A stretch of DNA of 63,997 bases, filler included, from Choristocarpus tenellus KU-1152 (lineage: Eukaryota > Protista > Phaeophyceae): the NCBI GenBank assembly GCA_964200185.2. It is 10 parts of 10 records of this genome, joined end to end, with 100 filler letters (N's around TTAATTAATTAA, not from the genome) between each part and the next. Parts side by side here need not be neighbours in the genome. Positions count along the whole stretch, not along the records: positions 35,944 to 53,284 come from CAXNAD020000686.1; 9 more parts are not named here. One strand, given 5' to 3'. Made by a program: the position numbers and the translations under genes. Shown in pieces: positions 35,844 through 50,029 of this stretch. The notes below the pieces were generated by a model. The model was not told where the DNA came from, ran no database searches, and was given only the letters and a program-made list of their open reading frames with translations. The stretch's first letter is position 1, and each line of letters starts with the position of its first letter.

Positions 35844-37812
35844 NNNNNNNNNNNNNNNNNNNNNNNNNNNNNNNNNNNNNNNNNNNNTTAATTAATTAAN
35901 NNNNNNNNNNNNNNNNNNNNNNNNNNNNNNNNNNNNNNNNNNNGATGGGACACTCTTGTCTCATGCATGAATGCGCTGGGTGCATGGGGGGGGATGTGAG
36001 GGAGAACACGTAACACTTGAATTGCAGCTGTGCTCTTGTGAGCACAGGAACTCAGTAACATGTTGAAAAAATTTTGTATTCTGTAGCTAGGTCTCTTGCA
36101 CCGAGATTACATCTGCACCCAGTGCAGACCATATTGAAATAGACTGCATGTACAAAGAGCCTAGTGGTACAAAAGGAACAGCTGTTCCGTTTCTGTCTCT
36201 CATAGGTGTGGGAAAGGGGGTGGAGTATCATTTTGTAGTCAAGTTACACACTATGGCTCAACCGCAAATTACCCGCAGGTATACATATATATGCCTTCAA
36301 TGGGTTTGGTCCTTCAGTGTTTTAGACCACAACCTTGCACTGTGCACATGGAAGAGCCTTGCATGTCTTTGCACTCAGAGAAATTGACCTAGTGCTGTGA
36401 CCTTGACTACCAGTTGCATTAGATGACATTCAAATACAAACATCGTTTACTTCAAAGGACTCCATGTGGGCCATGGATGATGACTTGAAATACCCTATTT
36501 GATTAAGGAAATTACACATTCATAAAATTCTACATTATATTTTGTCCATGGCCTGTTGGATGGAGACAATGGGAGTGGGCACATATCTGTTGTTCCATAG
36601 TCCCAATCAGTGGGCCACCTGACAAGCAAGAAATCTGAAACTTCATCTTCCCATAATCCACAGGTAACATGTCAAATAAAGTGTCATGTTTGTATTATAG
36701 TATTTATCACACCATGGGAAATTGTAAAGTTTAGAAATGCTTATATTTTCTTTTTAGCTTTAGATATGATTTTATCATCAATATCAGTAATTTTACTAAC
36801 ATATTTTATTGATTTTTTCCATATATTTTTATAAAAATTCTGTATAAAGTATCATAAAAAACAATTGATCTTGCATTACCAGTGTGTGGATGATCATATG
36901 CCATTAGCCCACAAACGTACATTTTTATTGAGTTAACATTAAGTGGAGAAAAAGAATGTTTTTTCTTTGAAAGGGAATCAAATAATATTAGTTTCATAGT
37001 CTTAGGTTGGAATCAATTATATTAGAAGACAGTAGGTTAGTGTAAGCCACCTACACCATTTGGGGTACATCAAGTCAGTCAAGTACAAAGATACATAGCC
37101 ATTGAGATATTTTTGAATTGTCACCATTGTGTTACAGCAAGTGGAGGATGCCCCAGTAAACAATATCCTTCTAGTGATACAAGCACACAGCACCATTAAA
37201 GGCAATTGAGGCAAGCTTGTGAAGATGACTGCTGTTTGTACATGCCATACAAGCAAAAATAGGCTTAATATAATCAATAGTACTAGTACTATAAGATTAC
37301 AGTGTAAATGAAGTGAGATACAAATAGTGAAGCACTACCATCAATCAGGGTGTTGTGAGGCCATGGAAATGAGGGTAGCCCAACGTGTACCAGAATTCAT
37401 CACATGTCTCAATGAGTCAATAATATGACTGTACACTACGAGCTGTTCTGAGACCTCTTAGAAAATATCATGTTATTGCCACCTATAACTTTGTGAAGTG
37501 CCTTATGTGCAGGTCTTGCGAGTCAGATTGAGGTTAAGGAAAGTTTGTTTTATATTACAGTGAGTAAAATAAGGATTTTGCAGATCTCGATATTTCAGCA
37601 GTTTCTTTTTTTTATTTTGTACTCACACTTTATATACACATACATCTACTTCCTCCTGGAGGTTCAACACCAGTACAGGTACTACCACTGCCAGTATGGA
37701 ATTTGATAAGAAAGTTAAATTGCAAGACAAAGAAAGAGCTGGGATGCAGCCCCCCTGGCATACATTCAATCACTATAGTCACTCTAACAAATGACTGCAA
37801 TCGGGTTCCCAC

Positions 37813-40800
37813 CTTGATTTCTGGAGTTAGTTTAGAACAGCTCCTCTCCTGAAGTTTCAGCAAGAGGACTTCTGCTAAACTGGTGTTAGAGATGTCCAAT
37901 TCATCAGCAGTACTTCCATCTTCACATTCATGGTGAAGTTCAGATTGCCCAACATCCTGGGCAGGGGAAGTAGATTTGACAGAAGATGCTTTCAATTCAA
38001 GATGATGTTCCAGAGTACCTTCAGCCACCAGTCCTTCCCTCACCAGCTCTGCGTCATCATTATTTTCCCCTCCCATCCGCTCCACCCCCTCTTCTTGCCT
38101 CAGAGTAAGGGCATCCTGTAGGCGGTGCGCTAAGTCCTCCTTCTCACATTGGAGACCCCTTTCCATTTCCAAAAACCGAGCAGTGGCATTTTCCAGATTA
38201 GCTTGAGACTGCTGTGCACTCCAGAGAGCATCTTGGAGCTTGGTTCGGGTGATATCAAGATCTGATTGAAGCGCCTGTTGAGATCAAGAATGCAGTTGAA
38301 GATCTGGTCACAAGGTATTAGCAGTTTTAAAAAAACTATCTTGTAAAATTTTCCACACGCTAGCGGTTCTAAGTCTATTGTCATATCAAAATGAAGAGTA
38401 ACCTGTTCCTTCTCCGTTGACAGCGAGACCTGTGCCTCCAAGCTAATTTCTTTCTGCAGATGCTCTTTCACTGAATTTGTAGCATTCTTTACTTCAGAAG
38501 TAAGTTCAGTGATCTTGTGTTGAAGGCCCTCAGTCATTTTTTCCCTCTCAGAAAGCTGGGATTTTGCCAAGTCAAACCTTTCCTGGAATGCTGAGCTCTG
38601 AATTTCCAGTTCAACTATGTATGTTTTCAATGCTGTGCATTCAGCTGTAACATCTGACAATTCCTTCAGAGTAGCTTCAAGCGTGGCCTTAGTATCCTTG
38701 AGTTCTATCTCCAGCTTGACTCGTTCTTCCTCGGCATCCATGGTGTGCTCCTTGCACACTTGGTCCAGTCTTGTTTCAGCACCAATTAGCTCTGCACCTG
38801 CCTCCTTGAATGATGGTGTCACATGTTCTACTGCATGGTGGGTCAAATCCAGCTCTTCTACAAGTTCCTGGAACCCATTGGCAGTATATAAGTATCATCT
38901 GATTGGAATGGATATTGCAAGGAGGTGCACTTTGGATGCATTTAACGTGTTCTTTTCCACTGATTTACACCAATCAAATTGACAAGAATGCGGTGCCCGT
39001 TCTTCAATATGGTAACAGCAGGCACTACCTGACCCATGCAGATGACTTAATATGTGTAGTATTATGGTATAACAGAAAATAACAAAACTAATTCAGCAAA
39101 TCAAATGGATACACAAACAAATGCATTCAATGTGGACAATTTTGGTAGTTGCTACATCTACACCGGATACAGAAATTGTGTGTGCTTGGCTCACTTGCAT
39201 CAGAGGCAACAAGAATGGCTGTTATGTAACTTGCTTCAGTCAAAGCCAACACTAGCATGTGTGGTTTTAAACCATTGAGTATTTCTCTGCAGCCATTGTA
39301 GTGTCTGCTTTGATTGTATACACTCTACCCAAGAGATTGACAATGGACCTACTACTGCCTTTCTTCATCATCAGAGAGGGGAAAAATTGACCTTGCTCAA
39401 ATATATCCTAAGAAAAAATAACCCAAACTACTTTGAAATTGGACAAACCTGCGATTTGGACTGTGTAGAGGTGTTAGTCACCTCCTGTTCTTTGTTAAGC
39501 TTGGATGTGGTCGCCACCAACTGCCTCTCCAGGGCTGTGACCTGGTCAATGATCATCAACTTGTGTCACTATGTGAGCCTGTTTCACCAACTAAAAAACA
39601 CATTCATTGCAGGACTTGTGGTGTGTGCTCAATGGATACACTCCTAAGTCTACATTCTAGTCCTGAAATGTTCACCAATTTTAGATCCTACCTGATCCTT
39701 AGACAACCTTAAAAGATCTTCAGCCTTGTGCAGTCTTGAGGCACTCTCTTTTGCTTCACAGACAGCATGATCTCGTTCTTCTCTTGCATCTTGAATCTCC
39801 TTAATACCTATGCTGTTGCCCTCTTGATGGTACTTTTGTTGTGCTTGAATGCTTTGAAGCATACTGCCTTGCTTTTGTATAAGAGAACTGACCTGTTCCT
39901 TAAGGGTATCAATCTCTGATTCTGCAGCTCTTCTTTCCTCCTGCATAGACAGCTGCAGCAGTGAAATTAATATGAAGTTTGTACAAAATATTTGTTATTC
40001 CAGTGCATTCAGAGTTTCACATTATCTGTGCTTTCACAAGTCATTGTGTTGCTCATCAAGAGAGTGGAAAGGTTGGACAATTCAATCATCAATTTGCAAT
40101 ATCCCTCAAGACTGCGCAGATCCCTCTACCTGATGACTTGACTCTTTGGCAAGCAAAATATTGTGCTCTCTTTCCACCTCGGCTTTGGCACAACATAAGT
40201 CCTCCTTCAAGGATGTCAGCTGTGTCTCAAGGTTTTCCCTGTCACATAGTTGGATAAGGTTGTAGTCATCATTCATGTCGTCAAATGCAACAACTAACAA
40301 CAAGCCTGGTCATATTACCTGGGCCCCAATCTTTGACATTAGGCCATCTGGCCTCCATCCCTTACTTACCTCACCATTAAATTATACAGTGACACCATTT
40401 GTCCATAGTAACTACATGATTCCTACTTCACCACTTTTATACAATGAATGCCCAACAAGTAACTAACTTTCCACAAGCTACCTCACCTCAAAGGGTTCTT
40501 TCTCACTGTGGTATTTATTCCACCCATGTTCTGAGATATTGTGCTCACTCACCTCTCCTGAACTGCTGTAGCGAGCTTCGATCTGAGCATTGTCCTATCC
40601 AACATGAGCTCCGCTTCTCGAGTGGCTAAACCTTCTACACTCTGCTCTGTCTTGTTTGCAAATGCTTCCTGAAGTTTACCTCCAAGGTGAACAATCTCCT
40701 GCCTAAGCTGCTCCTGAGTATTTACTTCTAGTGACTCTCTCTGGACTGCTGCACTCAGTTGTCCATCGAGGTCAGATATCTTCAACTGAGCCTGATGGAG

Positions 40801-43800
40801 AGTCAACTCCTCATTGTGTAGCTTCTCCTCAAGAACTTTGATCTGCTCCTCTGAAACAGCACATTTTGATGTAAATTGAACAACATTATCCTCTTTTTCA
40901 CTCAACTCTACTTGCAATCGTTGCTTTTCCAGCACCATCCCAGCAGTCTCTGTCTCCACCAAGTGAAGTCTCTCTTTGGTTTTCTTGAGCTGGGTCATGA
41001 GGTCTGAGGCCTCGAGTCTGGCCAGGGTCAACTCTGCCTTGGTGGTGGTTGACTCAACAGGTGTGTTTCCTCTACCCTCTGCTTGATGATGGATCTTGGA
41101 TATCTAGAGGGCGGGGAGCAAAAAGTTTAGTACCACCCGGCAAGACATGTGGTGAATAGGTTCACAAAATGAATTTCATTGTTGTGTTTATGACATAGAT
41201 CAGAAACGAATATTCCACAGTGTTTAGGACATGCAATATAATAGTAAACAATAGACAGAACTATGTGATTGAAACCCAAGAAATATGAATAACTGAAATG
41301 TTGGAATTGTTTTGAGGCCTACATCAGGACAAAGATTGATGGGGGTTTTATGCTATGACTGATCTCCATTGTGCCACACAGAATTGGTCAACAACGTTAC
41401 GAAGAAATGACTATGGGCATATCTTATTGTTCTACAGCAGTAGACCACCAAGTCATAAATCAACAGATTGGCAAAGAAAAATGTGCACTTTGCCTAATGT
41501 ACTGCAAAATCTAGGCACTATGCTAATTTCTGCTATAGTTTTAAAAAAGCACTAAAAAGTATGCTATGCCTAGCAGGTGGAGGTCAGTTTTTGATAAGTC
41601 AATCAGAAGATAGTGACAGCGAGCATGGTGACAACCATTTACTATCTATAAAGTGTGTCAGGATACAGTAGATGGCATGATCTCTTGAATAGTGTAAATT
41701 TATGCAATAGACTTACATAGGATTGAGTAAACTGACTGGGCAATATGAGTCTATCAAACCAGGGCACCCCCACTTCTGATGTGTTTAACTGCATGTAAGT
41801 ATCCCAGGTTTTTGGAGGGATTAGGACTAATTGGTCTTGTGTCAGGTTGTCCCAGGTCTGGCTGGGTCTAAGAACAGTGTAACTTTCCTCTACATGGTTG
41901 GAACCCCTGAACGGGGTCGGTATGTACTGAGATCTGTGGAAGTGTACCATGTACCCATTTTCCTGATGCAATGGAGATGTATTTGCACCAAACAAAATTA
42001 TTTACTCTTTTCTTTGAAATTGTATGTGTGAACACCACTTATCTCAATCTATCCATTCAAGGCGTGTGCTTAAGTCGCCATTTTTCTAGTTAATTTTTTG
42101 CCCTGTCTGCTACCCAAGACTACTACTGCATGGGAGGTGCAATGACAGGGCAATTCATGGTTGTTTCAGCATGGGCATGGGAGTTTCTCCAGCATCAAAC
42201 TCTTTCCTCCCACAAGTTTGTTTATGTCATGCCTGAGTGTGTCTTCTTCCCTCACTAACCTTATTTGTCAGTTGATTGTTTTCTTCCTCAAGCTCCTTCA
42301 CCTTTGCTTTGCTTGTAAGTGCTGCAGATGTAGCTTCATCTGCCCTCTATTTGAATAAGCAGTGTATATGTATAGAAAGAACTATCAGTTAGGAATGGTT
42401 CTTAGTCAGATGTGGTCTGTAGTGTCAGTACTAAGTTGAGGAACACAACTTCAAACTTTGGGATTCAATTCATGCAAAGCAGAAACATCACCTGAAATGC
42501 ATTATTCCTTTCTCTTTTGATCTCGACCACTTTTGTCTTTTCCATATTGAGTTCCATTTCTAGCTCTTCCAGTGCCTTTGTGAGCCTTTGCACCTTTTCA
42601 TTGAACTTTGACTCGCTTATGTTGGGTACACTGCAAACATCTGAGAGTCTTCTTTCTGCAGCACTTGAAATTGTCGCTGTGGCTTCCTTTTTAAGCCTGA
42701 GGTTCTCCTCCAAGACCTCCTTCAGACTGGCCTCAAGTGCCACCATCTTCTGTGGCAGTTCCATCATGTCTGAGCTGGAGTTAGTAAGACCACCTTGAGA
42801 TGCAAAAGTGTCGCTCCTTGCTTGTTTCAGCTCGGATTCAAGTTGACTGTTCCGTCCACGCAATTCCTTAAGCTCCTGTTCCATTTCAAGAAACTCCAGC
42901 TTGGAATACTCTCCACCTCGGTTACATGAGGCTGCCTGCACTTTCTGTGATTGCTCTTGCATCTGTTCTAGTGCCTCACGTTCTGCCCTTAGAGACAACC
43001 TCAGATCAGCCAAGTCAACCTCTAGCTTTCCCCTCTCCATTTCTGCAGCTTCCTTAAAATAGTCAGCCTTAGCTCCTACCTCTTTCTGTAACTTTTCCTT
43101 GGTTTCCTGTATTTGTATTTCATGCTGTGCAAGCATCTCCTCACGACTCTGCTCCAACACTTTCTGCGCATGAACCTCTGCCATACGACCCTCATCCTCC
43201 AAGGCTGTCTCCCACTCCTTTTTCCGACACTCCAGCTCAGCAGCAAACTTTCCCTCTTCATGAGCTGGTTACATTAACACACCATCAAAGAGCCCAATAT
43301 ATGAGAGAGTGAAGAGTTTCATGCTACCAACACAACATAGATGTTGCAGTCCTGACTAAGCTCACCACATAGTGCAATGCAAACCATAGGCATTAGATGC
43401 AACTAAACATAGCACAGATGGTAAAGAGTGAATCGGAGTCACTACATCTTCCTCACCAATCTGCTTTCGATGTCCATCCTTCAACCACATCATCTCTTTA
43501 TCATGCTTCACATGAAGTTCCTGCCATATTACAGAACAGTGACAGATGGACAATTGTAACATTAGATGAGTACTGTGTCAGGAAGTGCGTAGCCAATAGT
43601 AGGACAGTTTCAATGTGAACAGAGTACTTGGAGGAACAGTTTTCCCCAACTATTCCATCATATATATACCACAAGACCAACTTAGCACATATACCACACA
43701 AATATTAATAGAAAAAGACTTAGGACCTCCCCACCACCCCTCTCCAAACTTGGGACAACCAGACAAAATAGTGAGTGAACAAAACAAATACAAAAATTAT

Positions 43801-46232
43801 CTGTGGTCTCTACCTTGAAAAGAGCTCACCGATGTTCTGTGGAGAAATGCAATTCCAAAGTTTTACCATTTCATAGGGGGGTGTTCATGTTTCGTTGTGT
43901 AGGCAAGCACTGGCTGGATGTAAGCATTATGGCATCATTCACAAAATATCTCTCACATTATGTGAGCTCTTTGATTTTGATCTGGTTTCATAGGTTTGAT
44001 CTGAATTTGATTCAACCTAAAGCAGACAAACTAGGAAGTACATGAAGGAAATGGAAAATTTGCAATCATATGTTCAAAGTCCCAGCTTATTTCAAGTCTC
44101 CTTTACAGATGAATATGCAGATAGATGTTCATGACAGTATCAGTATGTCACCATGAGTTTAGGAAAAACTGACAATACTGGCAACTGTTGCTCGAGTGCC
44201 CTGTGCCACCACACACTAAGATTTGGCATGGTTCAAGATATTAATGGCTATTGGGAGAAATTAGGCAACAAACATATCTGTAAAAGCTGCTGGCATGCCT
44301 TCAACTGTTGAATGATTCCTGTCAGGTTGATTGAAGATCTGTTGGGGGACACTGTTTATGAGGGACAAAACAAGACTCTCTCCTGGTGATACAAACACAA
44401 TTATCTATGTAATGATGCTCACCTGAATATCTGTAGCATGTGTGGCCTTGACCTTGCCTAGGTCCAGCTCCAGCTCAAGTACCATAGCATCTACCCTCTC
44501 CTGTTGCTCTCTGATGCTATGGTCAGTTGGGTGCATGTCCCCCAAACACGATGTCCAACCTACATTTGGCTCCAATGCCTCAGGGGAGCTTTCCTTTTGC
44601 TCACTCCCTGCTGATGCAGACAGGTGGCTCGATAACCTTTGCCCAACAAGGCTTGGGGGCTTGATGCGGGTTGGGGATCCCTCCCTGCTGGCTACAGATG
44701 AGTCTGAGTGTGCTAATGGTGAAGAGGCACAAGTCAACCTTCCTAAATCTGGCAAGGGTTGCTTACCAATGCCAGGCAGTGGCTTGCGATCAAATATAGA
44801 TGACTTTGGTGGTGGCATTGCCTGTCCTAAGTTTGCTGGAGGAGGGTCTGGAGCATCTTCTCCAGATATGATTGATGGCCAAGTCTTCTTTTTTTTTCTG
44901 TCTTTGCCCAGGAGCTCATCAACATCCTTCTTGGCCTGCAAGATCATTCAAGAGCTAAACATTGATGGCCTTACAGTTTCCCCAAGGGGTGTTGGAACAA
45001 TTTGCACAATACTACATGGGGGCAATCTACACAATGTTTTGGCATCCTTGCAAAAATTTGATTTGCCATTGTCATCGTTTGAGTTTGAAAGCGTGAGGGT
45101 AAATCAGCGTCACAAGGTAAACTGGTACATCAAATGTCGTTCAAAAACCTGGTGCACATCGACCGATACTTTAACCTTGCCAAGTCCGTATCTGCAAGAA
45201 TTCACTGCAGCCTTGTGTGCTCATTACTACCAGCTTCTTCGACCTCACTTGTCACTTCGAAAGAGTCCATCAACTGGTTTATTCACACACCTGCTGCTTG
45301 GATTTGTCATTCTTTGCCTTGTCCTCTGTTAACTTCCTTTTCTTTTCCTCCTCATACAGCTTCCGATAGTAGTCGTCGCAGGGGTGATCCCATGTGCTCT
45401 CTCCTGCCACGAATTGACAGTGAGCATGCGCATGTTCCACATAGTGGGTAAAGAATATAACATTTCCGACCACCACACAGGAGGTGTCACGCGAGGTCGT
45501 TAAACAGTGATAGACCGTCCGTGGAGCCACCATAATCCTGTCAGCACTTGAGAAAATGGTGAGATCACATTGTACTACCTGATTTCGCATGTATTCTCGT
45601 CTTCTTGAGCAAAACACTTTCACCCTAAGAAAATAATTTGATCGCAGGCATAGCAGACTATACCAAATGTAGAACACCTATTCTCTTCACTACATCACTC
45701 AAACTTAACCGCTTCTAAATTCTGAGTTCGTATGTTAATCGATATCCAATTGAGACGGAGCAAAACTTGAGAAGACCTGTCGCGAAGTTAAAGTAATATA
45801 TTTCTTCCGTGTCTTTGGTCTTGCATGGTTTCCAGTCATCCGGAAGGGGCGCCTTTAAGCCTTCCTTCGCGATCCAGAACAAATCTCGATCTTTGTCCAA
45901 GTCCATGCCAAGCCATTTTGCATATTCGCGCACCTCATCCTGATGGGTTTTACGAGCAAAGGATATATGTAATGCAAGATGCTGTGGCCTAAGCCGCACA
46001 CGAAATCACAACCGACCAATTGCTCAAAGAGGCAAAGGATGGAGTGGCATGAGTAACCATGTGCGATATCTAGACACACCTGTGTGGGCACGTAGTAGGG
46101 ATCGATCTCCTCCTCAAGGATGATGCTGTCACTGGTGGCTTGCTGCACATGCACTAGGTCAACATCATTCTGATGCTCTAGTGGCTTCCCTCCACTAGTT
46201 CCTGTCGGGGCTGTAGTCGTAGGAGGGCTCAT
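37813..46232 (-). CDS. CEP164: CEP164-like centriolar distal-appendage protein (N-terminal WW region + long coiled coil), 3' incomplete; exons 46232-46080, 45939-45777, 45403-45291, 44935-44423, 43520-43457, 43264-42492, 42346-42260, 41103-40553, 40238-40130, 39952-39692, 39541-39482, 38867-38403, 38274-37813 (>=1258 codons)
   Basis: ILEEEIDPYYVPTQDEVREYAKWLGMDLDKDRDLFWIAKEGLKAPLPDDWKPCKTKDTEEIYYFNFATGESTWDHPCDDYYRKLY matches the CEP164 N-terminal domain; 13 GT-AG exons all in phase; E/K/Q/L-rich heptads follow. Confidence 0.85.
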
Positions 46233-47699
46233 GGTGTGAACTATTATAGTTTGAGACAGACTCCACAAGATTTTGGGTTCACAACAAAAGATTTTTTGGG
46301 GTATGTATCAATTTGATGTTTCAAAAAATCAATAAACAAAAAATAAATAAAACACAAAATACTCAAACAAGACTATTTTGGTATATCAATCATATATGAT
46401 TCTCTAACGTCGTGATTCTCTCACCCAAGAACAGCCGCAAAAAACATATTCAGTCAATTTTTGGTCAAGCCCATCCTCAATGAAAAGCTCCATCCTCAAT
46501 TTTCGAAATCGGCTGTTCAAGGGGTGTGAAGAGAATCATCTGGCAAGACGGACCCGATGAACTTGGCGGACGAAGAAGGACCGTAACCAAGAGGACCAGG
46601 TTGAGGTTGGAAAAGTGTGTAAGGGCTGCAGGGAATGACAGAAAATTATCGAGTGATGAAAATATCATGAGAGGACGATCATCAGAATGTCAAGATTAAA
46701 CAACAAAGAGAATCTTCGGTGTTTGATATCTCTGATTGAAGAGTATACGCTACTTGTAAGATTGGTCTCTTTAAAAGATCGCACGCCTCAATCTCCCGAA
46801 AGATCCTCCTCTGGAATCCAGGAGAAGATTCCAGACAACGAACCTCAATGGGTTAAACGGTGTATGCATACAACAAAAACAGTATGACAACCTACAACTC
46901 TGTTTTCCACATCACCCCCCCTTCTGATCAGCCTTGAAATCATGCAAACATGATTCGAGTTCAAGCAAAAAGTGTTCTGGAAGCAAAGTGGGAAAGAGGT
47001 GTCACTGTTAGTATACTTATTACACCATATTTCACAACTTCATCAATGCAAAGTTAAGTGCAATATACAAACATGGCATTAATGAATATCAGATCAGGAT
47101 ATCATTAGCTAAAGGTTGATGGTATGTGGTTAGCATATCAATCAAGCTTAGGAGGTCTCAGTGTACGGGAGCAGCACATCAGTCAGCCTAAATATGTGGA
47201 AGGTTAATGGGTTGTGTGGTCAGTATTGCATCTAATCCATAATCAAGGTCTGAAGTTATGGGATCAGCAATGTGGTCAGCCTGAATACAAGTCGAGAGGT
47301 ACATGGGGCCAGCATATAGGTCTCTAGCATCTTGTATATAAACAGATGATACTCAAGAATAGGGATACGAGAAGCGAACACTCTACGATATCAATAAACT
47401 GTTGAGAAGCGTTTGTCATCAGATGTTCCTAAACGAGTGTTACACTTCAAATTACGAAAATTATCAACACTCCAATGTGAGAAGACACAAGCATGTGTAT
47501 GTGATCAAAAATAAACACAGCAGATGACGAGAGATCAAAAGACGATGTGTGTACACATTCTCCTTGCAATCTGAAATGATTGGAAATATTGCTCACAAGT
47601 AATCAACTTCTCAATGGTAAGGCATTGGACTTCTCTTCAATGGTTATGGATTGGATATCACTTACATCATTTGCTCACCTCAGTGTTGTTAGCACTGGA

Positions 47700-49230
47700 A
47701 ACATTCATCAATGGGCAAGTGCTTAGTTAGACTGTCAGCAAACTGATTTTCACTTGCAGCATGTTGGATTTCGATATCCTGCTTCTGAACAAGTCTGCCA
47801 TGTAGGCAAGTCTTTTGAAAATGTGTATCGTTCTGGCACTGTAACATCCAAGATTAGCCAACTGTATGGCACTCTTGGTATCTACCCTTGTAGTTAGTGG
47901 GTTATTGATCAAGTCATCAATTTCATGTAAGAAAGTCCTCCAGTAAGCTGATTCTTGCGCTGCAGCACATAGTGCAATCACTTCTGCTTTGGTAAATGAA
48001 GGGGCTACAATATTCTGTTTCTTTGACTTCCTGACTAGAGCGGCATTTCCAAGTGAAAACATGTAACCACTTGTAGATCTCGAGTTGGTGATAAGCGTAA
48101 GCTGCGTCAGAAAATCTGACAATTTTTAGCTCATATCTATTGTATGTTAGGAACAAGTCAATCACTCCTTTAAGATATCTCAAGGTTCTTTTTGCAGCAG
48201 CAACATCATGATTTGTAGGTTCACTCTTGGATTGAGATAATTGTAAAACAGCAAATCCCAAATCCGGTCTTGTGCAGGTTTGTAGATACTGTAATGACCC
48301 TGTTATCTCTTGGTAACATTTTATTCCAGCTTTGTCTACCTTACTACTATTTTGAGTATGTCTATTGGGTGATTGTCTCCAGGTGTTTTCGTGCTGTTAC
48401 ACGCAGCCATGCCATATCTAGTTAACATTATTTTATCATAATTTTCTTGAGACAATTGTGTTTTTCCTATAACATCATCATACATCACTTGTGCGCCCAA
48501 TATCAACTTGGCTCTACCAATATCTTTCATTACAACCTTATCCTTGAGATATTTCTTGACTTGATCTACCAGTGAGGTAGAATTCCCATAGATTAATGCA
48601 TCATCAACATACAATGATAATAACACTATATCGTTTTCGTTTCTGTAACGGTATATACTTGGATCGCTCACTCCTGATTTGAAACCATATTCAACAAGTG
48701 CGTCTGTGAATGCTATGATCCAATTTCTGGGAGACTGCTTTAGACCATGAAAACTTTTCTTTAGCTTGCAAACTGGGATCTCAGTAGACAGATCTTTTTC
48801 GATTAAGGCTGGGGCTTGGCTTACATAAATCTCTTCTCCTTGCATCAGGGGGGCTTGCGAGAACGCACTGCTCACATCCAAATGTGAGACTTCCCAGTTT
48901 CTGTTTGCGATAATGAGCAGTAATATGATGCTCTCAATTCTACAGACCGGACTATATGTCACCGAGTAATCAGTTCCAGGCACTTGACCATACCCCTGAG
49001 CTACCCACCTAGCCTTGTAACTTCCATCAGGTTTCTTTCTAAAAATCCATCTAGAGGAAATAATTTTTTGATATGGGGGTGCCTGAACTACATCAAAAAC
49101 ATCACATTGTTTTGTACTACTCATCTCTTTCTGCATTGCTTCCAACCATTCTTCTCTGTGGGGAGAGATTAACACATCATTGTAAATGGAAGGGCAATCA
49201 GAGATATCAGAATTTTGTCTGTCCATTATC
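47700..49230 (-). mobile_element. Ty1/Copia LTR retrotransposon relic (RT + RNase H), frameshifted
   Basis: WLEAMQKEM, SSRWIFRKKPDGSYKARWVAQG, HLDVSSAF, LKKSFHGLKQSPRNW, LYVDD, FSDAAYA, RSTSGYMF, KSKKQNIVA, QFADSLTK split over several frames. Confidence 0.95.
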
Positions 49231-49563
49231 TAAGTCAGTAAATTGATCTTTGTATGTATTCCGAGTGGACACTAGGATGTATGATGTTGGAGGCTCAACT
49301 CTCAAAGGCATGTGAGGTGAACGTATGGTCACTACATCATGTCCAGGGCATCGTGCCACTCGAAAATAAAGAACAAATGTGACATATTTGAAGTCTCCAT
49401 GATTTACCTAGTGGTAAACTTGAATCTTTGTTTTTGAATGGTTTAGTCACTTCATGATGACCAATACACACATTACATGGAAACGAGACATGATGTATTG
49501 AACAGCCACCTCTAACACACACGAATGTTAATATGCCTGGTGATGCAGTCTCTTAACCACTGA

Positions 49564-49791
49564 ATGTTTCCACTTATGCAAAAGAGGAGAATTGACAGAA
49601 AAAAAAACATTGTATTAATAACTTATTTAAACGTCAACCAACACGTATGTATGGTCTATTCGCAAGGATTGATCAACCTGGTAACGCAAAATGTCAAGTT
49701 ATCTAATCTCTTTACAAAACGATTGACTATATCCATCTTTGACAACATGATATACAAACGATTGTCTTCACGATATGGTCAACCTGTGTAA
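49564..49791 (+). mobile_element. Second Copia-like RNase H C-terminal remnant, opposite orientation
   Basis: KKNIVLITYLNVNQHV...GLINLVTQNVKLSNLFTKRLTISIF resembles TKHIxxRYHxVRE...QLADxFTKxL. Confidence 0.45.
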
Positions 49792-50029
49792 AGGATTGTG
49801 ATACATGGGCATTATGAGATCTGGGCCAAGACACACAGGTTATAGAAAAGATTGACAAGGATCTGTACCAGCATGCATCCAACAATCTCTTTACTTAGAT
49901 AATAGGTATACTGTTACGGCAATGCATGATATACAGACTATGCAAAGAAATATGGCAACAGAAAATACAAATTCTCAAGTCAATAGTTTGTAGGGCAAGA
50001 ATTTTACTGCTTATCCAATCCATTTACTT

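Noticed and set aside
32363-37813. Treating the coiled-coil remnants at 32363-35446 as the 3' continuation of the CEP164-like gene
   Set aside because: They are separated by an artificial spacer, the remnants carry stops, and no sequence evidence links them.
44442-45332. Long antisense ORFs (e.g. 44442..45332 +, 14445..14837 -, 63132..63716 -, 22401..22853 +)
   Set aside because: Shadows of real exons on the opposite strand, with no independent motifs.
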